A DNA stretch of 63,116 nucleotides, filler included, from Pirum gemmata (Eukaryota): assembly GCA_002812295.1 (NCBI GenBank). It is 29 parts of 29 records of this genome, joined end to end, with 100 filler letters (N's around TTAATTAATTAA, not from the genome) between each part and the next. Parts side by side here need not be neighbours in the genome. Positions count along the whole stretch, not along the records: positions 52,019 to 54,004 come from PDIN01009240.1; positions 54,105 to 56,100 come from PDIN01009241.1; positions 56,201 to 58,936 come from PDIN01009242.1; positions 59,037 to 61,016 come from PDIN01009243.1; positions 61,117 to 63,116 come from PDIN01009244.1; 24 more parts are not named here. One strand, 5' to 3'. The position numbers and the translations under genes were made by a program. Below are positions 52,900-63,116 of the stretch, piece by piece; positions within the stretch are counted from its first letter, which is position 1; every line of letters starts with the position of its first letter. Under the pieces are notes generated by a model. It was not told where the DNA came from. It ran no database searches and saw nothing but the letters and a program-made list of their open reading frames with translations.

Positions 52900-53840
52900 T
52901 ACTGTAAAGTAAATTTGGCTTTAGTAAAATTAGCAAAAGTAGCTAATAATGGCTTAGGTTTGTACAGTCATAGTTGTTTGCAATGCGTCTCGACAGTCAG
53001 GGCAAACAATTGTTCCAATGTCATCATCATCAACAACAGCATTATTATTATTATTATTAATATTTTAATAATATTAATATTTTTTTTTTTTTTTGATTTC
53101 ATTGATTCCTGGTCTAAGTATTCAATTGCGAAATGGTGTCATAAATACCTGTCCTTGTTATAATAACATTCCCTTAAACTTAAAAAGAGGATTGAGATAA
53201 ACTCAAGAATGAGAAGCAAGCAACACTCTCAAGCGTAAGTGACGAGGAGTGCCAAAATGTAAAAAAGTTAGGTTATTAAAATTACTGGTCCATGTCACAA
53301 CGATGCCGTTATAATTATCTTTACTTAGACAGCTAGAGTTTGAGGACTTGATCGTTATTCAAAGTAATTACAAGAAACTAGCTAGGTGGATTTTTAATAA
53401 GGAACATTTACGGAATTAATATATGTAACAACTTTAAATTCACATTACTTAACTCACATTGTCGCTGAGATAGTGATAACTGAAAGTAATGTTTTTGATG
53501 AGAAACACCAGGTGCCATGTGGTGGACCATCAGCGACAATGTAAATTGCAACTATCCTTAATTTAAATTGCAAGCAAAGATAAACGAATTAAAAGAGTTG
53601 CATCATAAAATCACTGGTGCCGACATTTCCTTGGAATTCTATGAACGTGCGTATACTTACAATTTACCTTATTAATAACAGAATATTAATGTGTGCAAAG
53701 GTAATAAAGCATAGACTAAATGAAGAAGCATATAAAGCACTATATGCTTTGATGTCGATTGGATCCCTAATATACCAGCACGCAATGGCAATGAGAACGA
53801 TATTAATATCTTAAAAGTATACCAAAATCGTAAGTTGTGT
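52900..53840 (+). pseudogene. Highly degraded hAT-like transposase C-terminus
   Basis: TFP..NV.ILTIYL ... ALMSI resembles the hAT dimerisation domain; many stops. Confidence 0.35.
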
Positions 53841-54104
53841 TTTGTTTTTTGATCATAATATATATATAGACACTTTATGCGATAAAAAGTACTAGTGATA
53901 TATATATTATATGAACAATCAACAATCAACAATCAACAACAGCAGCTGCTGCAGCAACAATCAACAATCATAATATTTAATAATAATATTAAATAATAAT
54001 AATANNNNNNNNNNNNNNNNNNNNNNNNNNNNNNNNNNNNNNNNNNNNTTAATTAATTAANNNNNNNNNNNNNNNNNNNNNNNNNNNNNNNNNNNNNNNN
54101 NNNN

Positions 54105-54137
<33 letters not shown>

Positions 54138-54138
54138 G

Positions 54139-54718
54139 GTTAAGACAAGTTTATATTATTTAGAGAAATTAAAAGCAACCAAACTCCCTCTAATTCCTGC
54201 TGTCTACTACCATATAATTAATACCTGCTTGAAAAATTCTAAAATAGAATTAGCAATCAATTATTTACAAGAGTTATCTTCAAAAGGTATGTCTTTAAAT
54301 GTTCATGATTTTCACTCCTTAATCGTAGACGATTACTTTACTACCAAAAGTCATGTTCGTGATAATATCCAATTTGTGCAACAGTTAAAAGCGTTAGATA
54401 TTCCACTGAACGCTTTAGTTTACAATGGATTGTTATATAGTTTAATTAATAATCGTAAACTTCACCTTGTGCATGATATCTACCATGAAATGAAGGTCAA
54501 TGGGGTAGAACTTAATGGAGAGATCTACCCTATGTTGGTAGGACTGAGTATAGAACAAGAAGAGTTAAGTGCAGCTATTAAGTATGTTCGTGATATGCAA
54601 AGAGTTGGAAATGATATTAATGATAGTGACAATGTTAGGCTTTATGAAGAATTGGTAAAACTGTGTTTTAAAAAAGGAGAAAACGACTTTGGGTTCCAGT
54701 TTTTCAATTATTTGAAGG

Positions 54719-54763
<45 letters not shown>

Positions 54764-55281
54764 TTAATAATAGTAATGATAATGATAATGAAAATAATGA
54801 AAATAATAATGGGGTGACGGTTTCTTTGTATAATACGGTTATAGATGGATGTATTAAACAAGGGGATGAAGGGCGTTTAAATCAAGTTATTGATAATATG
54901 CGAGATGAAGGGTGTGCGTTTGATTCTCGTACTTTTACTATATTAATTAATTATTTTATTTTCAATTTAGATAATATAGATGCTGCATTGTCATTGATGG
55001 AAAGCATGTCTGATTGTGGTGTTGATCAGAACTCTGAGATATTTAATGCATTTATTGGGTGGTTTGTGGAAAACGATAGAGTAGAATCAGCATTTGATTG
55101 GTTTGAACACATGAAATTGCAAAATATAGAACCTGATACGACGACTTATAATTGTTTATTGAAAAGTTGTATTAATGCTGGTGATGATGAAACTGGTGTT
55201 AAGTTGATAGAGGAGATGAAGGAGTTGGGAGTTGATTTAGACGATGAAAGTTATAGAATTATTGATGATTTGTTATTTTAA
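54139..55281 (+). CDS. Pentatricopeptide-repeat (PPR) protein, 3' part
   Basis: 35-aa repeats (VYNGLLYSL..YHEMKVNGVELN, LYNTVIDGC..NMRDEGCAFD, PDTTTYNCLLKSC). Confidence 0.9.
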
Positions 55282-55283
55282 AA

Positions 55284-55322
<39 letters not shown>

Positions 55323-55496
55323 ATTAAACTTTTGCCAAATTTACTCTCTCGGTTAATAATATTTTAAAATTAATACTATATTACGTTAATAAATTTTTAC
55401 AAGAAGCTTTTGTATTTAATTTTTTAAATGAAGAAATAGATAATAAAATATACCGAATTGTGGTTAGGGTTAGGGTTAGGGTTAAGCCTAGGGTTA

Positions 55497-55770
55497 AATG
55501 AAATCGCAAAATATAGAACCTGATATGACGACTGATATTAATAATGGTTTATTGAAAAGTTGTGCTGATGCTGGTGATGATGAGACTTGTGTGAAGTTTG
55601 GTGAAGGAGAAAAGAGTTGATTTAGACGATTAAAAAGTTATAGAATTATTGATTATTTGTTATTTTAAGTAAAATACATAAATAAATAAATTAAGTATTA
55701 AAAGCTTTTGCTAATTACTGTCTTGGTTAATCATATAAATATTATTAGTAATAAATTTTTTACAAGAAGG
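55497..55770 (+). pseudogene. Degraded duplicate of the PPR gene 3' end and UTR (~55110-55410)
   Basis: ATGAAATCGCAAAATATAGAACCTGAT...TTATAGAATTATTGAT matches the gene, with frameshifts. Confidence 0.85.
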
Positions 55771-56502
55771 TTTTGGTTAATAAATTTGTTTAGTTTGTTC
55801 AGTTTGTTTTATTTTGTTGGGGTTATTTGTTTCTTTTCTTTCTTTCTTTAATTTTTTTTTTTTTTTAACAGCCAAGCCGGATAAAACTGTAGAAATGATT
55901 TTTTTTTTTTTTTAGACTTCTTTTGAATAATACTAACTATCCAAATGTTTTTAAAAAATGGCCATTGGTTCATAATAGGGTTTTCTTTGTTAAACGAATT
56001 CTAAAATTTTGGTAGCACGTTTATTTAAATTGGATCATTTTGAGATTTTTTGGATTTTTGAGCTCATATGGCGGATGCTGCCATTTTTGTCTGGCTTGGT
56101 NNNNNNNNNNNNNNNNNNNNNNNNNNNNNNNNNNNNNNNNNNNNTTAATTAATTAANNNNNNNNNNNNNNNNNNNNNNNNNNNNNNNNNNNNNNNNNNNN
56201 TAATAATAATAATAATAATAATAATGAATATAAGGCTTATAAGACTTATGAGTTAATAATGATAATAGACAATAATCACAATAACAATATTATTATTATT
56301 ATAATAATAGTAATAATGATAAGATAATGCTTATGATAATGATAATAATAATAACGATAAATAATGATAATTATAATGATCACATTAATAAATGATAATA
56401 GTGATAATAGTGATAATAGTGATAATAGTGATAACAATGATAACAATGATAACAATGATAATAGTGATGATAATAATAACACCGATACTAATAATAATAC
56501 CG

Positions 56503-56539
<37 letters not shown>

Positions 56540-57936
56540 TAATAATAATAATAACAATTATAACGATAATAGTGATAATAGTAATACTGATAATACTGAT
56601 ACTGATAGTAATACTGATAATATTAATATGTAATGACAATAATAATGAAAATAATAATGAAAATAGTAATAACTTCAATAATAAGAATATAACAATAATA
56701 TTATGATAATATGATAATAAAGTACTTTTAAAATAATTTTTAAGATTTCTCTTGTTTAGATTTGTAGTCTATAAAAGTTTTAGACTCTAGCTAGTAGCTG
56801 CGCGAGTAAGTATTATGAGCTGTATTATTATGTTACATACTATTGGTACAGTATTGGACTAGCTAGTATTGGTACTCAGGCATGTATACTGATAACAATT
56901 ATTTTGGTAGAATATCCTACTTTCTTACTTTTAGGCTAGGCTAGTTCGGCTAGGTAGGGAAGTCAATACAAGTTAAAAGCCTATTTTTCCTACTGTTAGC
57001 CAAGTTTAAAAAACAAAGTAGGATTTATATTGGTATAAATGGGAGTTTTTTTTTTTTTTTAACAGAAATTCCTACATAACAAAATTTTATTTTACCCTTC
57101 GAGTCTTCATTCGAGAGGGGTGAGCACCCCCGGGGGTGAAGTGGAAGGCTATTCGCCACTTCGCAGTTACCATAAATAGTATTTATATAGCTATAAATAG
57201 TAGCTACTATTTTAGAAGCTTCTATTAATAGTAGCTATTATACTATTTGAAGTAATTTTAATCACAAAAATTTCATTTTGGTGAACTTTTGGTACAAGAG
57301 CCTTCAATTAGTAAAATGACGTCATCTAATCCCTCCTCCTGTCTTCGACCATATTACACTATCATTACTCAGGTGGGTGAATGCAACAAGGTGGATGCAA
57401 GCTTGGTGAATGGTAAAACCAACCAATGAAAGTCGAATATTTTAAAATGTGAGGAAATTCGAATTTTGAAAAAAAAAAATACGAAATAGTAACTGAAATA
57501 GTCTATCCGGCTAGACATGACCACTACTAGCTAGCTAGTTATCGTAGCTAGTTAGGGCATGACTAGCTAGCTAGAGGGGCATGAGTCCGCATGACTGTTA
57601 AAATTTTATTAGTAAAAAAATGTTTGACTCGAAAAAAAATTTTTTTTTGAAAAAAAAAAAATGACATGTGCTTTATGCTATGATAGCTACTAGCTACTAG
57701 CTAGTAGCTACACTGTAGCTACGCAGATAGCTAGCTAGATCTGATAGTAGTCTAACTAGCTCTAGCTAGCTATCATAGCTTGTTGAATTGAGAGGCAGTA
57801 CTAGTAGATAACGAATTATTTTTCAAGAAAATATCTTTATCACATTATTATTGTTAGTAAAACTGTTAGTAATTTGTTACTATATTTTTTTATTATTACA
57901 TACCGGTATATTAAAAAAATATTATTATTTAGAGCC

Positions 57937-57979
<43 letters not shown>

Positions 57980-58183
57980 TCGTAAACAATAAAAACAATA
58001 GGACCAACTATAAAAAAACAATTAACTTTTATATCATAATGAACTTTTGATTTTCGATTTTAAAAAAAGCAACCTAAGAATTATGCCGAAAAAACCAATG
58101 TTCGCTGATCGTTCTCTCGTGCCAAGGATACAAGAGGTTATTTTAAACACAATAACTATTTTCATTACTGCTACTACTACTAC

Positions 58184-58257
<74 letters not shown>

Positions 58258-58484
58258 NTAGTAATAGTAATAGTAATAGTAATAGTAATAGTAATAATAA
58301 AAATAAAAATAATAGTAATAGTAATAGTAATAGTAATAATAAAAATAAAAATAGTAATAGTAATAGTAATAATAATAGTAATAATAATAATACAGGTCAC
58401 AAACCACAAACCACAAACCACAAACCACAAACCACAAACATTATTATTATATTTATTATAGTTATCAGTTAGAAGATCAATTAC

Positions 58485-58687
58485 CTCAATAAAGCCAGTT
58501 TCAACTTCAGCAGCAACAAAAGCTGGGTGTTCTGCTACGGTTTTAACCATGTCAATGTTGGTTCTTAAGCCTGCGATTTGGTATTGACTTAAACAAGAAA
58601 CTAAACGGCGAAGTGCTGAACTTCGGTCTTCTCCCCACACAACCAACTTGGCAATCATTGGATCATAATAAACTGACACAACATCAT
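58485..58687 (-). CDS. Biotin carboxylase C-terminal exon, methylcrotonyl-CoA carboxylase alpha-like
   Basis: VSVYYDPMIAKLVVWGEDRSSALRRL...IAGLRTNI...HPAF...TGFIE, bounded by AG and GT. Confidence 0.9.
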
Positions 58688-59036
58688 CTATATATTATTA
58701 GTTGATAATTAGTTGATAATTAATTGTTTATTATTTTTATTATTTTTACTGTTTTTATTGTTTTTATTGTTTTTATTGTTTTTAATGTTTTTAATGTTTT
58801 TATTGTTTTTATTGTTTTTATTGTTTTTATTGTTTTTATTGTTTTTATTGTTTTTATTGTTTTTCTTGCATTCTTCTTTCCCTCAATTAACAATGGTAAA
58901 CGATACTAATTAGTAGTAGTGGTGGTGGTGGTAGTGNNNNNNNNNNNNNNNNNNNNNNNNNNNNNNNNNNNNNNNNNNNNTTAATTAATTAANNNNNNNN
59001 NNNNNNNNNNNNNNNNNNNNNNNNNNNNNNNNNNNN

Positions 59037-59067
<31 letters not shown>

Positions 59068-59070
59068 GAG

Positions 59071-59136
<66 letters not shown>

Positions 59137-59237
59137 ATAGTGGTAGTAGTAGTCGTAGTATTATACCATTACTTCTATTTATATTTATACTAATAATCAA
59201 TTAAACCAACATTATTATTTATTAATCAACATATTAG

Positions 59238-60252
59238 ATGTGTGAAATTCCGTGTCCAGTAGATTGTGTGGTAGAAAATAAATGGGGTGAATGGGGGCCA
59301 TGTGAAGGCTTAGATAAAGGGAACGGTAGTTGTGGCGATGGGTTAAAAAGCCGGACTCGTGGTATCACCCAACCAGCATTACATGGCGGGAAAGGGTGTC
59401 CCTCTTTAAAAGAAGAAGGAAAATGCTCTGTGCCTTGCCCTGTTGATTGTGTTTTAGAAAAAAACTGGGGTAGTTGGGGAGAATGTTAGTATTGTTGTTT
59501 ATTGTTTATTGTTTATTGTTTATTGTTAATTATTGTTTTATTATTGTTTATAGTTTATCATTATTTATTGTTTATTATTGTTTATTGTTTATTGTTTATT
59601 GTTGCTTATTGTTTATTGTTTTTTAGAAAATAATTGTGGTTTCGGGGGGAAATGTCAGAATTATTGTTTATTGTTTATTGCTTTTTTATTATTGTTTATT
59701 ATTGTTTATAGTTTATTAATTTTTATTGTTTATTATTGTTTATTGTTTATTGTTTATTGTTTATTATTGTTTATTGTTTATTGTTATTGTTTATTGTTTA
59801 TCTTATTGTTTTTTGTTTATTGTTTATTGTTTATTGTTTATTTTTATTGTTTATTGTTTATTGTTTATTGTTTATTGTTTATTGTTTATTGTTTATTGTT
59901 TATTGTTTATTGTTTTNNNNNNNNNNNNNNNNNNNNNNNNNNNNNNNNNNNNNNNNNNNNNNNNNNNNNNNNNNNNNNNNNNNNNNNNNNNNNNNNNNNN
60001 NNNNNNNNNNNNNNNNTTGTTTATTGTTTATTGTTTATTGTTTATTGTTTATTGTTTATTGTTTATTGTTTATTGTTTATTGTTTATTGTTTATTGTTTA
60101 TTGTTTAATGTTTAATGTTAACGTTTATTGTTACAATAATAATAGGTGAAAACCTAAGTGATAATAATGGCCAATGCGGTACTGGCGTTAGAACTAGAAC
60201 GAAGGCAATTGTACAGGAAAACATGTATGGAGGCGAACCTTGTCCACCACAA
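59238..60252 (+). CDS. Thrombospondin type-1 (spondin-like) repeat protein fragment; exons 59238-59484 and 60146-60252
   Basis: CPVDCVV..WGEWGPC...CGDG..SRTR..GGKGCP repeats; a phase-1 intron splits a Cys codon. Confidence 0.9.
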
Positions 60253-60816
60253 GTATACCCTAACCCCAACCCTAACCCTAACCCTAACCCTAACCCTAAC
60301 CCTAACCCTAACCCTAACCCTAACCCTAACCTACCCTAACCTTTACACTTACACTAAGGCTAAGGCTAAGGCTAAGTTTAAGTCTAAACTCTTTATGTTA
60401 TCATCATTTTATCATTGTATCATTTTATCTCATTTTATCATTTTATCATTTTATCATTTTATCATTTTATCATTTTATTATTTTATTTTATTATTTTATT
60501 TTATTATCATTTTTTTATTTTGCCGTTTTTTATTTTATCGTTAAATCATTTTATTATGTACAACATATTATTCAAAACCCACATATCATTTATTACTATC
60601 ATTATCATTATCATTATCATTATATCATTATCATTATATAATTATCATTATCATTATCATTATCATTATCATTATCATTATCATTATCATTATATTATTA
60701 TCATTATCATTGTCATTTGGTATTTGGTACTTCTCATTATCTTAAATTTAACATATCACCTATTACCTAGTATCATTATCATTATCATTATCATTATCAT
60801 TATCATTATCATTATC

Positions 60817-60847
<31 letters not shown>

Positions 60848-60921
60848 CCATTATCATTATCATTATCATTATCATTACCATTATCATTATCATTATCATT
60901 ATCATTATCATTATCATTATC

Positions 60922-60980
<59 letters not shown>

Positions 60981-61116
60981 CATTATCATTATTACCATTA
61001 TCATTATCATTATCATNNNNNNNNNNNNNNNNNNNNNNNNNNNNNNNNNNNNNNNNNNNNTTAATTAATTAANNNNNNNNNNNNNNNNNNNNNNNNNNNN
61101 NNNNNNNNNNNNNNNN

Positions 61117-63001
61117 TTATTATTATTATTATTATTATTATTACTCTTAACTACAGAATATTGAAGCAGTTTGATAATTAATTAGCAATCCGAATCGTGA
61201 GTAGTGTGAATAGTGATATAAGGTCCAAAACTCATCTTTTGGCCGAACAAAATATTTCGATCGGAATATTTTTAATAAAAAAAGACATGCTTGGTTCGAA
61301 ACTTTTCTTGTCCGATTCCCGCTCGTTAGAAACACATCATGCCCGAGCCAAAAAAATCCGGGTCCGAAAATGATCATGGCTCCCAAACTTTTTATTTATT
61401 TTTCAAACAAAATTTAAATATTCGATTTAAACAGTAGTTCGAAAATCTGCTTATCCGAAACCCGCTCGTCCGAAACACATCATGACCGAGCAAAACAGTT
61501 TCGAATTATTAACACTTAATTCATCACGTTACTTCAATTAGTAAAATGTTCTGCGTTTAAGCTACAATCAACGGAGAACTTACTTATATGTATGTAGACT
61601 ATGCACCTTGAGTTTGAAGGCCTCATATTGAATATTAAAGATTTTTAATCCATGCTTACTTTCAGTAGTCAAAAATTAACTTTCAGTCAATTCACCAACT
61701 TTCATCAATTAGTAAAGTATGTTAAATTATTATTAGTTTCAGCTATAACTAAGGGAGATTGTCGTGGCAATGATAATAATTATTCATTTATAGTTATAAG
61801 TTATAATATTCATCCAAGTCCACATTTTCCCATTCAGCTTCCCATTCATTTTCCTCTTCCCAATCACCATTTGAAAAGTAGGTATCAGATTCTGTTGCAG
61901 TGTCATCATCAGTGAAATGAAGAGGTGCATTTTTATGGCTTTGATAGTTCTCATCCAAATCTAAAAGCATTTGAAAATACTGTTGCTTCAAGTTTTTCTT
62001 TTTTTTCTTTCGCATTCTTTCCACGTACTTTTTTTCTAGAAGAAACGATGGGCGTTAAAATTATCATGTAAGCGAGATGGTTTAAAAAATGACCATGAAT
62101 CAATAGGAGTTTTAATCAACTTTTTATCGGCTTCACCCGGGACAGCCCACAAACATAGCATGTCAGTAGACCTACATGTTTTTGCATAATCAGGATCCAT
62201 ACTCCATTGATGGTGCCAAAAAATAGCTAGTCTAGCTAGTAGTAAAGCTCCAATATGGTTACACTTACCCGCTAAACCAACTTTACAAGGGTAATAAAAC
62301 TGGTGGCAATAACCCTGATTCTATGACCGTCGTTTTCAATACTTTTGGTTTATTTCTGGGGCCGGGTAGTGTGAGACTGTGAGAACTACTGTGAGTCTGT
62401 GTTGATTTCGATTTCTGTAGTAGCCTATTTCTGTGCTGCTGTAGCCTGTAGCTGCGGCTGTGTAGTGGCTGTGCCGTGTGCCCTCACAAAAGAACGCATA
62501 TATTTCCATAACAAGACATAATTTCCAAAAAAAAGTAGTAAAAAAGTCCAGAAATTATCATAGAAAAAACACTGAAAAAACTTGAAACTGGATGTATCAC
62601 TGAAGAGATCAAGTATGCTGATCAAGCTGTTTGATTCGATTATGTTTCCTAAATCTCCTAGGCAAAGTTTTTTTACCAAAGGTATATTTATTTCTAAAAA
62701 TAGAAATTATTTAAATTTGATAAATATGGTAAAAACCAAATAAAAATATATCCACACTTTATAAAGTAATATTAGGGTCATATATATATACTAGTCTATA
62801 TTAGATCCAGAAATATATAAACAAAAAAAAAACCTGAGAAAAAAATATGAATGGCAAAAAAATTCTGAAAAAAAATGCTGAAAAAATGCTAGCGCTATGC
62901 TATATAGAGTCTATCATATATAGGTCTATATAGCTTGAGCTATTATTTATCTTCTACTTATCTTCTATTAATTAAATCTATATCGATAGATTATTATTGT
63001 T

Positions 63002-63059
<58 letters not shown>

Positions 63060-63116
63060 TCTTAACTACAGAATATTGAAGCAGTTTGATAATTAATTAG
63101 CAATCCGAATCGTGAG
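61117..63116. repeat. Scaffold with a direct terminal repeat (61141-61201 = 63056-63116); 1915-bp period
   Basis: TTACTCTTAACTACAGAATATTGAAGCAG...GAATCGTGAG occurs at both ends, each after (TTA)n. Confidence 0.9.
61794..62340 (-). pseudogene. Degraded SWIM zinc-finger ORF of the type found in DNA-transposon accessory proteins
   Basis: PCKVGLAGKCNHIGALL followed by KTC(RS)TDMLCLWAVP, with frameshifts and short insertions. Confidence 0.55.

Noticed and set aside
57137..57163. GAAGTGG...CCACTTC hairpin as a Helitron end or terminator
   Set aside because: Single short stem with no second copy or clear CTRR end

Overview
This window is not one locus. It is a concatenation of 29 unrelated ~2-3 kb scaffolds joined by 28 identical 100-nt artificial linkers (44 N + TTAATTAATTAA + 44 N), so gene neighbourhood across linkers is meaningless. 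The source is a very AT-rich, microsatellite-laden eukaryote with GT-AG introns and TTAGGG-type repeats. A Src-like SH3-SH2-tyrosine kinase, a cytohesin, a Phactr-type PP1 module, a bHLH-ZIP and spondin-type TSP1 repeats point to a holozoan, plausibly a unicellular one such as an ichthyosporean (inference). Other genes or fragments: formin FH1-FH2, GH114, biotin carboxylase (MCCC1-like), a PPR protein, an RNI-like LRR protein, a GPI-anchored alpha/beta hydrolase and a bacterial-type membrane protein. Mobile DNA includes LINE, Gypsy, hAT and SWIM-type remnants and at least four MITE families. The most notable signals are: (1) a ~1.4 kb inverted repeat whose arm differences are overwhelmingly G-U compatible on one strand, a candidate long hairpin RNA gene; (2) pervasive TA-(1-4 nt)-TA micro-insertions resembling stacked transposon excision footprints; (3) introns built from telomere-like hexamers and from tandem copies of their own splice donor. 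All calls were made by eye; no searches were run.
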